A stretch of DNA of 64,000 nucleotides from assembly GCA_036785375.1 (NCBI GenBank), contig JAWMAR010000478.1:124001-188000 (forward strand), written 5' to 3'. The position numbers were made by a program, and so were the translations under genes. The notes beneath the pieces are model-generated. The model worked only from the letters and a program-made list of their open reading frames with translations, did not search any database and was not told the origin of the DNA. The stretch's first letter is position 1; every line of letters begins with the position of its first letter. The stretch comes from Leucoraja ocellata (lineage: Eukaryota). This document shows positions 1 to 11,884 of this stretch, piece by piece.

Positions 1-1040
1 AGGTCATTGTGAACCTTCACCAAGGCAGACTCTGTGCTGTGGTGGGCCCTGAAACCAGATTGGAAACTTTCCAGGATGGTATTTTGGTGTAGGTAATGCA
101 TGAGTTGTTTTTTTCTTATAGAAACTTACAGAATTCTTAAGGGGTTGGACAGGCTAGATGCAGGAAGATTGTTCCCGATGTTGGGGGAAGTTTAGACTTG
201 TGGCTAAAGGGATCTGGGGGTATGGAGAGAAGGCAGGTACGGGATACTGAGTTGGATGATCAGCCATGATCATGTTGAATGGCCTCTACTCCTGCACCTA
301 TTTTCTATGTTTCTATTTAGAATTACCTTTTCAAGGACTTTTGAAAGGAAAGGCAGTTTGGAAATAGGTATGTAGCTACTAGGCAAGGTGGGGTCTAGGT
401 TAATATTTTTTCAGGAGGGGCTGGACCACCGCATGCTTGAAACAGGTTGGAACAGTTCTAGTGGCCAGAGAACCGTTGATGATAGAGCGGATGCTGGGAC
501 CGGCTATTGCAATAACATCCTTGAGAAGGGCAGTGGGGACAACGTCGAGGGGGCAGGTAGCAGGTTTCATAATGGAGACAAGCTTTACAAGGGAGGGTAG
601 AGTAACGGATTGGAAACAGTCTAATTTAGAAGACCAGACCAATGAGAATACTAGGTCACGGATGGGAGGGGAAATATTAATTCTAATGTTCTCAACTTTT
701 CTCGTGAAGAATGTAATAAATTCTTCCCATTTAGCAGGTGACCCAGCTAAGCTGGTACTGGGGGCAGGACATATGACAGAGGTAATGGTACTAAATAAGA
801 CCTTGGAATTGTGGGTGTTTTTGTAAATAAGGTCGGAAAAGTATTGTGTTGTGCTGACTTTACTGCTTCCTGGTATTTGAAAAGCGTGTTTCTCAGAAGG
901 TCGAAGGAAATTTGAAGCTTATCAGATTTACACTTCCGTTCTGATTTTCTGCACTCTCTTCTTGGGGCTCTGGCGATGTCATTGAGCCAGGGCCAGCCTT
1001 TAGGCTTAGGCTTTTTAGACTCGCCCAACACTTGGAACAC
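1..1040 (-). mobile_element. L2-clade LINE ORF2 fragment (pre-RT/RT start), interrupted by a CR1 3' fragment
   Basis: Minus-strand translations include KPATCPLDVVPTALLK, VPTCFKHAVVQPLLKK, PISKLPFLSKVLEKVI and FQSGFRAHHSTESALVKVHNDL; frameshifted. Confidence 0.85.
114..318 (+). mobile_element. HER1-type CR1 LINE 3' fragment inserted in the L2
   Basis: LIETY..KGLDRLDAGRLFPMLG coding tail, CCATGATCAT..GAATGG 3' UTR and (CTATGTTT) terminal repeat shared with other copies in the window. Confidence 0.85.
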
Positions 1041-1258
1041 TTTTCCTGCTTCTAGCTTGTCCAGTCCTTTTATAATTTTATATGTTTCTATACGACCCCC
1101 CTCGTCCTTCTAAACTTCAGTGAATACAAGCCTAGTCTTTTCAATCTTTCCTCATATGACAGTCACGCCATCCCAGGGATTAATCTCGTGAACCTACGCT
1201 GCACTGCCTCAATCACAAGGATGTCCTTCCTCAAATTAGGAGACCAAAACTGTACACG
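1041..1258 (-). mobile_element. CR1 LINE ORF2 fragment
   Basis: VQFWSPNLRKDILVIEAVQRRFTRLIPGMA. Confidence 0.85.
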
Positions 1259-1261
1259 CTT

Positions 1262-1540
1262 CAGGTGCAACGGTTTTGAGTAAATCGATGTCGAACCAAA
1301 CCGAATAAGGGTCAACAAGAACCAGATAGTGTTTCCCACGCCATTCGAATATATTACTGGCTTACGTGGACCACGGAGAGGAGGAACTGGGTGCGGCAGT
1401 ATAGGCTGTTTCTGCTGATGTGGTGTCAGGGTTTTTACATACAGCGCAAACTTCGGTTTTGTCACGTATGTACTTGGTCATACCAGGCCAATAAACCATG
1501 CTTTGTACCTGTTGCCCCACTTCTGACACCATGTAATGAG
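1262..1540 (-). mobile_element. Gypsy-type LTR retrotransposon integrase fragment (degenerate)
   Basis: SMVYWPGMTKYIRDKTEVCAVC (Zn-binding end), QQKQPILPHPVP and SNIFEWRGKHYLVLVDPYSVWFDI (start of the rve core) across frameshifts. Confidence 0.75.
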
Positions 1541-2130
1541 TCAAGTCAAACACATATCAAAATACAACACATGTTTATTAAATCTACTTATAGCATCGAT
1601 CACAGGACATTACAGTTCCGAGCAGCGACTCATACTGAATGACGTAAGCAAGCTCTTGTTAATATAAAACGCATATTAGGCGGAGCCACTACTAACAAGC
1701 ACTACAATTAGCTGGCAGGAAATAACCAATCTACATATCCTTTTTCCGTCATGCCCGTTTCGTATCCTTTCGGCATCGTGTCCGTTCGGTGCCCTGGGTT
1801 CCATTTATTGGCTTCGACTTCTCGTCCTTCGATGTCCCATCCGCACACGAGTACTCACGGAGAGACTAATTGTTGTGTAGTACTTATGGAGTTACACACT
1901 GTGAAGTAGTGCTGATGGGGTGACATAATATGAGGTCATACTGATGGAGTGGGGGTAGTACTAAGAAAGCGAAACACTGTGATATGGTACCAATCAAGTG
2001 ACACACGGTGCAGTGCAAGCGATGGAGTGACAAAGTGGGAATGCCTGCTGGAGTTCCACACTGTCGAGAAATAATGGATGTACACACTATGTAGTAGTAC
2101 TGATACTGTTTGAGTGAAACTGTTAGTAGT

Positions 2131-4245
2131 AGAAACATAGAAACATAGAAATTAGGTGCAGGGAGTATGCCATTCGGCCCTTCGAGCCTGCACCGCCATT
2201 CAATATGATCATGGCTGATCATCCAACTCAGTATCCCGTACCTGCCTTCTCTCCAAACCCCCTGATCCCCTTAGCCACAAGGGCCACATCTAACTCCCTC
2301 TTAAATATAGCCAATGAACTGGCCTCAACTACCCTCTGTGGCAGAGAGTTCCAGAGATTCACCACTCTCTGTGTGAAAAAAGTTATTCTCATCTCGGTTT
2401 TAAAGGATTCCCCCATTATCCTTAAGCTGTGACCCCTTGTCCTGGACTTCCCTAACATCGGGAACAATCTTCCTGCATCTAGCCTGTCCAACCCCTTAAG
2501 AAATTTGTAAGTTTCTATAAGATCCCCTCTCAATCTCCTAAATTCTAGAGAGTATAAATCAAGTCTATCCAGTCTTTCTTCATAAGACAGTCCTGACATC
2601 CTGGAATCAGTCTGGTGAACCGTCTCTGCACTCCCTCTATGGCAATAATGTCCTTCCTCAGATTTGGAGACCAAAACTGTACGTAATACTCCAGGTGTGG
2701 TCTCACCAAGACCCTGCACAACTGCAGTAGAACCTCCCTGCTCCTATACTCAAATCCTTTTGCAATGTAAGCTAACATACCATTCGCTTTCTTTACTGCC
2801 TGCTGCACCTGCATGCCTACCTTCAATGACTGGTGTACCATGACACCCAGGTCTCGCTGCATCTCCCCATTTCCCAATCGGCCACCATTTAGATAATAGT
2901 CTGCTTTCCCGTTTTTGCCGCCAAAATGGATACCCTCACATTTATCCACATTATACTGCATCTGCCAAACATTTGCCCACACACCCAGCCTATCCAAGTC
3001 ACCTTGCAGTCTCCTAGTAGCAATGTTACAAAATTTTGAGATTTAAAAAATCAAGTCTGCAATTTATCCCATCAGATAAAGCATAACAATAAGTTTAATT
3101 TGACACCTAATTCACTTTCATATATCAAGTAATAAAAAAGTTATGGCCATTTTCATACTCGGAAATTAGCATCTTGTTCCCTATTGATTTTCTATGGACA
3201 TAACAAAAAAGCTGTGATCGTGGACAGTCAAAAGCCCATAACCTTCTTAAAAATTAAGAGAACTGAATGAAATTTTCAGTTATCATAGATTGAAGCATTC
3301 TGAAACAAATATAAAATAATCTTACTTGGATTACCTGAAATTAAAGCATATAATTAGTTAGTTACCCAATTGTAGCTAATTTCAAACTTCAATTACCGAA
3401 CTAAACATCTATCCATTTCTTAATAAATGATTATTTTAAATAGCCCAGTGTCCAAATAATATTCACAAATAATTCACAATAAAACATGATTTTTAAATCT
3501 CATTTACATCAATTTATAGGCCAAATGGAAGGAATTTCGTGTTCATTTGCTGTAAATTAAAGTCAATTTAAATCGGCTTTCTAGTAGGTTCCTGTGAACG
3601 CGCTGGTTTAGAACGTGCACATTGCGCTGGATTTGTGCCCTCAAGTGCCCAGAAAAATACTGCGGGATATAAAGAGCCCAAAATGAACTACTCGCTATAG
3701 AAAACTTTATATACAGGGTTATATAAAAGCCCCATTTAATGTAAAAATAAGGTGCATACCTTTAATTGTTTGCTTTATAAAACCCTGGGGCTGCGAGAGG
3801 TTGCGGAATGAGAGAGTGATTTTTAAACTACTATAAATATTATACAAGGCCATAAAAACTAATAATACCTTTTGCGACGGGGTCTTTCAGCGATTTTCCG
3901 TTAATGATTTACTAGGCTGAACATTTTCGATTGGAACAGCCTAGTAAAAATCGCGTTTTAAACCCGCCCCCTCTAAACAGCACCAAAATCACACAGAAGG
4001 GGTGGGGCAGATGCTCAGCCACGATTCAGGTAGGTTTTGTAACATACCTACTCCTAGCATCCTCCTCACAGCTAACACTGCCCCCAGCTTAGTGTCATCC
4101 GCAAACTTGGAGATATTGCCTTCAATTCCCTCATCCAGATCATTAATATATATTGTAAATAGCTGGGGTCCCAGCACTGAGCCTTGCGGTACCCCACTAG
4201 TCACTGCCTGCCATTGTGAAAAGGACCCGTTTACTCCTATCTTTG
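2131..4245 (-). mobile_element. HER1-type CR1 LINE, 5'-truncated, split by a DNA transposon
   Basis: RT motifs [14 protein letters not shown] and KFADDTK (3989-4204), C-terminal ORFs 2228-2997, (AGAAACAT)n tail at 2131. Confidence 0.92.
3018..4050. mobile_element. Non-autonomous DNA transposon, 1033 bp, 16-bp imperfect TIRs, 7-bp TSD CTCCTAG
   Basis: Left end TAGCAATGTTACAAAA; right end reverse-complements to TAGGTATGTTACAAAA. CTCCTAG lies at 3011-3017 and 4051-4057, and removing the element restores the CR1 sequence. Confidence 0.9.
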
Positions 4246-4491
4246 CGTATAGCTTAGTACTGATGTATAGACACGCTATGGGGTATTACAGATGGAATGA
4301 AACACTATGGGCTGCACTGCACAACGAGACACGATGGGGCAGTACTGATCGATTATCGCATTCTGGGCTTGATAGAGTGAAACATCGTGTAACAGTACTG
4401 GCAGAGTGACACACAGTGCGGTTTTACTGAATGATTGACACACTATGGGGTATTAGTGATGGAGTGACGCACTGAGTGACGTCATGCCGTT

Positions 4492-4922
4492 CTAATAATA
4501 ATAATAATATATTTTATTGTCATTACACATTAGTGCAACGAGATTTAGTATGCAGCTTCCAACCGATGTCAAAAAATAAATAAATAAATAAACTGTGCGA
4601 CGTGACCATCCGAGGGAGACAGTCCAGGGGGGGGGGGGGGGGGGGGGGGGGTGGGACTCAGCAGGGCCGGTTCAGAGCCACTATAGCTCTGGGAATGAAG
4701 CTGTTTGTTCGGCACGGACTTGTAGGGCCGAGATGGCCTGTTTCCGTGCTGTAATTGTTATATGGTTATATGTTTATGAGTCTGGAGGTTCGGGCGTAGA
4801 AGGCCTTGTAACGTCTGCTGGAGGGAAGTAGTTCGAACAGTCCATTACAAGGGTGTGAGGAGTCTTTATGGATGCTGACGGCCTTCCTGAGGCACCGTTT
4901 GTGGTAGATGCCCTCCAAGGCT
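4492..4922 (-). mobile_element. Rex1/Babar LINE 3' fragment with (TTA)n tail
   Basis: LEGIYHKRCLRKAVSIHKDSSHPCNGLFELLPSSRRY on the minus strand. Confidence 0.75.
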
Positions 4923-6079
4923 GTAGTAGTCGGAGTAGTCACGGAGGGACAAATTGTGGGGTAGTACTAATTGACGGACACATTGTTGTGCAGTACTGAT
5001 GGAGTGATCCACAATGGGGTAGAACTGATAGCATGACGCACGATGGGATATTGTTGATGGAATGACACAGTCTTCACCCCTGTGCATGAGGGCGGCGGGT
5101 GGTTCTCCACTAAGTTAGCCCACAGCATCACTGACTGACAGACTCGGTAACAATGTGAAACGTCGTCAGGTAAAATTAATGGAAACCAGAGTGACTCGGT
5201 ATCAAATTCAATGGGCGGGTTTGAGTTGCCTTGAAGAAGGTTCGGCCCAAAACAATCCATGGACCAGCAACCATTGCAAACCGATGTCCAAACTCGTTCG
5301 GTTCTCTTCAAGTTCCTTGATTCTAATGTTCCGCCACTCGACCTCTACAGGAGAACAGCACTTGCACTGTTTTCCTTGTCGTATCTCCCACCATGTTTTG
5401 ACCGCTCATCATCACTATGGCTGCTGGCGGTGGGCGGTCCCCCTCTCAGTAAACCATCAACGTCACTGAGTGACACGTTCGGTAACAATGTCAAAGGCCA
5501 CCAGGTAATGTTGAAGGTCACACGAGTGATTCAGTATAATTCCCATTGGGTGGGAATGAGCTGCTTTGGAAAAGGTTCGGCCCAACACTATACATACACG
5601 GCAATCTCGACATGTCAGAGTTTTTGAGGATTCGGACACGGTACAGTTCCGTTCACTTACCTGCTAGTTTGCCGGTCACAAAACAATTGGATTGAATTGA
5701 TGGAGAATACATCTCAAGGCCTAAACTGCTTACTGCCCACCATTTCTTGGCCTGATACAATGGGGTTTCGGTCGAGTGATGTCGCCATTCTACAATCATC
5801 TGCTAGTTTTCTGTGTACATCATAAATGGCATGGGGTTAATGTGAAACAAATCTCAGGGCCTGAGCTGCTTTCTGTCCACCATTGGTCTGTTGCATCTCC
5901 ATTTCCATCTTGTCATGTCGGCATCATTGGCACATGTTTGAACGTTACCATCTCATCTGGCGTCATCTGGTGAGTTACATAGAAACATAGAAAATATGTT
6001 TCACATCTGCAGTGGTTAGTTTAGTTTAACATTTCCAGTGGAGTTTAACATCTGTAGCGGTTAGTAGCTCGGGAATATT

Positions 6080-7660
6080 CGGAGGGATAGGTTATACAGA
6101 CATTTGAATGGGCAAGGGGTGATTAGGGATAGTCAGCATGGTTTTGTACGTGGGAGGTCGTATCTCACAAATCTATTGGTTTTTGCTGAAGACTTGACCA
6201 AAAAGGTTGATGAGGGCAGAGCTGTAGATGTTGTGTACATGGACTTCAGTCAGACGTTCGGCAAGGTTCCGCATGGTTGGCTGCTCTGGAAGGTTAGATT
6301 GCATGGGATCCAAGTAGAGATAGCTGAACGGATAGAACATTGGCACCATGGAAGGAGGCAGAGTGTGATGGTGGAAAGTCACTACTCAGACTGGAGGCCT
6401 GTGACTGGTGGTGTGCCTCAGGATTCGGTGCTGGGCCCGTTACTGTTTGTCATCTCCATCAATGATTTGGATGAGAACATACAGGGCATGATCAGCAAGT
6501 TTGCTGAAGGTACAAAAGTTAGTAGTTTTGCAGGTAGTACAATGGTTGTGAAAAATTGCAGCGGGATCTAGATCGATTGGCCAGGTTGGCAGATGAATGG
6601 TTGACGGAATTTAATACAGAAAAGTGTGAGGTGGTGCATTTTGGGAGGTCGAACAAAGGCAGGGCCTACACAGTAAATGGTAGGTCTCCGGGTAGTGTTC
6701 TAGAGCAGAGAGATCTAAGAGTATAGGTGCATGGTTCCTTGAAGGTCGAGTCGCAGGTAGATAAGGTGGTCAAAAGGCTTTTGGCACTTTGGTTTTCATC
6801 AGTCAATGTATTGAATTTGGAGTTTGGGAGGTCATGTTACAGTCGTATAAGACGTTGGTGAGATAGCATTCAGCATATTGTGTTCAGTTCTGGGCACCAT
6901 GTTTTAGGAAATATATTGTCAAGCTTGAAAGGGCGGAGATAAGTTATTAAGAGGATGTTGGCAGGATTAGAGGGTGCGAGCTGCAGGGAGGGATTGAGTA
7001 GGCTGGGTCTCTATTCCACGGAGCGCAGGAGGATGAGAGACCTTATAGAAGTATACAAGATCACGAGAGGAATAGATCGAGTAGATGTGCAGAGTATTTT
7101 ACCGAGAGTAGGGGAATCGAGGACCAGAGGGCATAGGTTCACGGTGAAGGAGAAAAGATTTAATAACTAATCGGAGGGGTAACCTTTTCACACGCAGAGT
7201 AGTGGGTGTATGGAACAAGCTGCCAGAGGAGGTAGTTGAGGCTGGGACATCGTTTCTAGAATCAGTTGGGCAGTTACATGGATAGGACAGGTTTGGAGGG
7301 TTAAGGCATGTGGGACTCATATAGCTGGGACATTGTTGGCCTGTGTGGGTGAGTTGCGTCGAGGGGCCTGTAATACACTATGACTCGATGAGATGCATAA
7401 AGTATCTTGCCCAGAGTAGGTGAATGAAGGGGAAGCGATTTAATGTATATCTAAGGGGTACCTTTTGACACAAAGCTTGGCTGCATTGGGCAAGCTGCAA
7501 GAGGAGGTAGTTGAGGCGGGGACTATCCCTACGTTTAACAAACATTTAGAAAGATACGAGGACAGGACAGATTCAGGACAAATGGGACCAGTGTAGCGTG
7601 GACATGTTGGCCGCTGTAGGTAAGTTGTGCCGAAGGGCCTGTTTTATGTTTTATCACTCT
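6080..7660 (+). mobile_element. CR1 LINE (second shark-type family), RT to 3' end, followed by a further 3' fragment
   Basis: ORF 6104-6571: SQHGFVRGRS..TNLL, VDVVYMDFS, GGVPQDSVLGPLLF, ISKFAEGTK; continues with stops and frameshifts. Confidence 0.9.
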
Positions 7661-7709
7661 CTGATTATGACTGTTTGCCACTGCTGGCTGGGACAATGGA
7701 AAAATCTCA

Positions 7710-7915
7710 TGGATAGACAAAAATGTTGGAGAAACTCAGCGGGCGAGGCAGCATCTAGGGAGAGAAGGAATATGCGACGTTTCGGGGGCGAGACCCCTCC
7801 TCGAGACCCTTCTTTATGTGGCCCATTCCTCCTCTCCCCAGATGCTGCCTCACCCGCTGAGTTCTCCAGCATTTTTGACTACCTTCTATTTTTCCAGCAT
7901 CTGCAGTTCTTTCAT
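7710..7915. mobile_element. Penelope-derived inverted-repeat (palindromic) element
   Basis: GGAGAAACTCAGCGGGCGAGGCAGCATCT ... AGATGCTGCCTCACCCGCTGAGTTCTCC; same sequence as the Penelope end at 19901-20000. Confidence 0.75.
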
Positions 7916-8615
7916 AAACGAATAAACTCGCGAGTCAGTCAGTGTTAAACATTATTTCAAAAATGGATGGAGACCACGTTTAACTATTACAATATAGTCC
8001 GACCAAGTATATGAATCTCGGTATAGGATTGGCCAATTTTGAGTTAAGACAAATCAGTGACTGGGCATTTAAAGAACCGCTGATGATGGAATCGTGAGCG
8101 TCTCTGTGCAGAAAAAATCACCACGAACGCATTCTTCAATGCGCCGCATATCATTAATGTGGGTAGTTTTTCATGTACAAAAAATAATGGCGAAAGCAAA
8201 GATGCAACAAAAATAGGGCTCATGTCGCAACTTTCTGTGTAGATATAGAGGTTTTGATTGAACTTTGACAGGCAACGTCAACCGACTGGGCGTGGGAGGT
8301 GAGCGGTTTGCAGAATCGCGATGAGGGAGAATACATATGCGGTCAATATTTGTTTTCTCCGACGTGCCCGAACAATTGTAAGGCGTTGTGGATCTTCACC
8401 TGAATATCACGTGGTTCTTTCTTCACAATATTATGCAACATTCTGTGAACAACAGGCTTGCTCGGTGACTGTGATCAACATGGAGCTAATGACACACAAA
8501 GGTCCCGCAGGGATAATCCCGTTCCTTCAAATAAGGGAACATTTCCAATGAGCCATTCCACAATCAAATAAGGAATTATCCTAAACGCCATTGGAGGATA
8601 AACGGTGTCAAGGAA

Positions 8616-8697
8616 ATGAACGAAATACGGATTGTTACAGTCATATATGCGATCCAAAAGATATACTACCCCATCCTGGCTATTCTCGGTGTGCCCG
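8616..8697 (+). CDS. GPR139/GPR142-like class A GPCR, coding exon 1 (N-terminus and start of TM1)
   Basis: MNEIRIVTVIYAIQKIYYPILAILGVP followed by a phase-1 donor G|GTAAGT; joins exon 2 in frame to give GVPVNL. Confidence 0.85.
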
Positions 8698-9295
8698 GTA
8701 AGTCAGAAGAATTGTCGTTTGTGCTTGAATATTTGACAAACTGGCTGTATGTCTCTCGAAAACTCCCTATATTCATTTCCAGTTGGGTGATCGCCCACTG
8801 CTGACGGATTATTAAGGCGCGAGTAATTGGTACCGTGACGGTCACGTTGGCCAGTGCATTTTACGAGATGAAACGAAGAGAGATCGGCAACTTCCCCGTG
8901 TTTGCACTGTTCGATATCGTGTACAGTGACGTTGTAGTGGGTTCCCTTGTTCCAGCTAAATTGGTGGAACACACAAAGTCACAGTGGATAGTAGAAATGT
9001 GAAATGTTAAAGGAGTAAGTGCGGCGGCAACTGGCCTGGCCAGCGTTTCAAATTAGTGCCCTTACACTGGCTGGGTTCCGGCATCACATTATCCCAGCAG
9101 GTGCAGGAGTATTGCGGGGCGGGTATAGAATGATTAAACATCTCGAACCTAATCATGTTTTTGTCGAAATTACCCCCGTCTCCTCTTTGCGTCAACTGAA
9201 CATCTCTGTGGTTACCGTGGAATTAAAACCTGCCCTCCAGATGCAATATCATTTTGCCGTTTAGTTAAATTGACTGATTTCCAAAACTTTAATTG

Positions 9296-9392
9296 GAGTA
9301 GTAAGTAAGTTTATTGGCCAAGTATTCACATACAAGGAATTTACCCTGGTGATCCGCCCACAAGCAATAACATGACATACTGTGAGAGTCAC
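9296..9392 (-). mobile_element. Rex1 3' tail fragment (same family as 38.7-41.4 kb)
   Basis: Close to the reverse complement of ~41345-41440, including the (TTAC)n tail. Confidence 0.7.
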
Positions 9393-10132
9393 GATTGGCC
9401 GATTAGGAAAAGGGGAGATGCAACGAGACCTGGGTGTTATGGTACACAAGTCATTGAAAGTAGGCATGCAAGTGCAACAGGCAGTGAAGAAAGCGAATGG
9501 TATGTTAGCATTCATCGCATAAGGATTTGAGTACAGGAGCAGTGAGATTCTACTGCAGTTGTACAGGGTCTTGGTGAGACCACACCTGGAGGATTGCGTA
9601 CAGTTTTGGTCTCCAAATCTGAGGAAAGACATTCTTGCCATAGAGAGAGTACAGATAAGGTTCACCAAACTGATTCCTGTGATGTCAGGCCTTTCATATG
9701 ACTCGGCTTGTACTCGCTAGAATTTAGAAGATTGAGGGGGGGGGGGGGTCTTATAGAAACTTACAAAATTCATAAGGGGTTGGACAGGCTAGATGCCGGA
9801 AGATTGTTCCCGATGTTGGGGGAAATTCAGAACAAGGGGTCACACAGTTTAAGGATAAGGGGGAAGTCTTTTAGGACCGAGATGAGAAAAATATTTTTTA
9901 CACAGAGAGTGGTGAATCTGTGAAATTCTCTGCCACAGAAGGTAGTTGAGGCCAGTTCAATGGCTATATTTAAGAGGGAGTTAGATGTGGCCCTTGTGGC
10001 TAGAGGGATCAGGGGGTATGGAGGGAAGGCAGGTACGGTATACTGAGTTGGATGATCAGCCATGATCATATTGAATGGCGGTGCAGGCTCGAAGGGCCGA
10101 ATGGCCTACTCCTGCACCGATTTTCTATGTTT
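9393..10132 (+). mobile_element. HER1-type CR1 3' fragment in the GPCR intron
   Basis: RLGKGEMQRDLGVMVH ... YSLEFRRLRG ... FFTQRVVNL, then 3' UTR. Confidence 0.9.
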
Positions 10133-10831
10133 CCAAAACTTCAATTGAAGAGACAGTTCCACCGCATCGAGGTACTGCGGGGTGCACTTCGGGCTTTGTT
10201 CCCCCTCTATATGATCTCTGTGTGACTTGACGTGTGCGATCATTTGATGTCACACCACTCTTTCCTCAATTGCAATTCTACTCCAAGATTAAAGCTGCCA
10301 GAAATCACACCTTCCCGTCAGTTACCAAGTCAAAGATGGGCATCATCTGGGTGAATTGCAAAATAGAAGTCAATCGATACTCACCAACTGCCAGGTAAGC
10401 GTCAATCTTAGTAACGCCAATACAATCTTGGGTCCAGCCTGATACAGAACACGTGTCTGTGGCGATCAACGTGCTTTCACACTACATAAAAGATCTCCAC
10501 CCGAAACGTTGCCTGTCCCTTCTCTCCATAGATCCTGCCTCGCCCGCTGAGCTTCTCCAGCATTTTTGTCTACCTTCTATTTTTCCAGCATCTGCAGTTC
10601 CATCGTAAACATAAGAGGACAATGTCGTTGCTACGGATGTTGATATTGAGCAGTGTAATACCCATATGGTATTATTAATCCTTATACGTTGAGGCCCATA
10701 ATGATCTTTGTTTTCAGAATCACACAGATGCATTGGTGGAATTCCTGCTGAACTTTATCAAAGTAGTGTGCGCTTACCTCATGTCAACCACACAATGCGC
10801 TGGTAATATGTTCATTCTTTTTGCTTCACAG

Positions 10832-11727
10832 TGAACCTGGTGACAATTGTGATCCTGTGTCGAGGAAAGTGTGGTCTCTCCAGCTGTGTGACTCGCTACC
10901 TGGTGGCCATGGCAGCGGCGGATCTACTGGTCATTATCTTTGACCTGATATTGAGACAGATTCCGATTGCTCATCAAATAAAATTTGTTAAGACCATCCC
11001 CCTGTGTAATATCCACGCAGTCCTGCTTTACGCAGCGACCGACTGTTCTGTCTGGTTCACCGTCTCCTTCACCTTTGACCGATTTGTTGTCATCTGCTGC
11101 CAAAAGCTGAAGCATAGATATTGCACCGAGAAAACGGCGGCTGTAGTTCTGGGCACGGTGAGTGCACTGAGCAGTGCAAAAAATGTTTACTGGTATTTTA
11201 TGAACTCATCTTGGTACAGATTGTCGAATACTCCCTGGTTTTGTTTCATAGATGTCCGCGTTATGGTTTCACCTACCTGGGCAACGATTGAGTTTCTTCA
11301 TTATATTCTCACCCCCTGTGTCCCTTTTGTATTGATTCTGCTGCTCAATACTTTAACGGTCAGACATATTTTGGTGGTCAGTAGAGCCCGCAGGAGACTC
11401 CGAGATCAGGAAAGTGCGAAGAGCTCCAGTGATCCCGAAATGGAGAATCGAAGGAAATCTGTGATATTGTTGTTCATTATTTCCGGGAATTTCATTTTGT
11501 TATGGGCGGTATTTACATTCTATTTAATATGGCGACGAATATATCATTTGAGAAATTCAGGTTTTTTCCTTCCTACCTTTGTATCAGAAATAGGATTTAT
11601 GCTGCAGCTGCTTAGTTGTTGCACAAACACGTGCATCTATGCAGTAACACAGACAAAGTTTAGAGAGCAGTATTTGACTGTGTTAATATATCCGGTTACT
11701 GTACTGATAAGATTAATTAAACACTGA
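10832..11727 (+). CDS. GPR139/GPR142-like class A GPCR, coding exon 2 (TM1-TM7); spliced product 325 aa
   Basis: Acceptor TTTTTGCTTCACAG; hydrophobic helices with YLVAMAAADLL (TM2), FTFDRF (DRY variant) and CCTNTCIY (NPxxY variant); open frame; ATTAAA at 11749-11754. Confidence 0.92.
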
Positions 11728-11884
11728 AAAATGATAAAGGCTGAGACAATTAAAGTGTTATACTCAATAGTTAGAATCATACATTTATAGAGAAACTAGA
11801 CTAAGTGGGACCCGCCGGGTCCCAGCATCACACGGGAGGGCTGGTCACACAACGCAATATTCCACCTTCCCACCAATTCCAATT

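Larger units (their letters stand above)
1870..5070. repeat. Degenerate ~30-bp minisatellite (GTAGTACTGATGGAGTGACACACTATGGG-like) in three pieces: ~1870-2130, ~4245-4480, ~4922-5070
   Basis: Recurring GTACTGATGG/AGTGACAC/CACTATGGGG motifs. The pieces are separated by CR1 and Rex1 insertions. Confidence 0.7.

Noticed and set aside
10831-11727. Assigning the symbol GPR139 (and MAG or CD22 for the Ig gene)
   Set aside because: Only family-level similarity is visible; orthology needs phylogeny and synteny.
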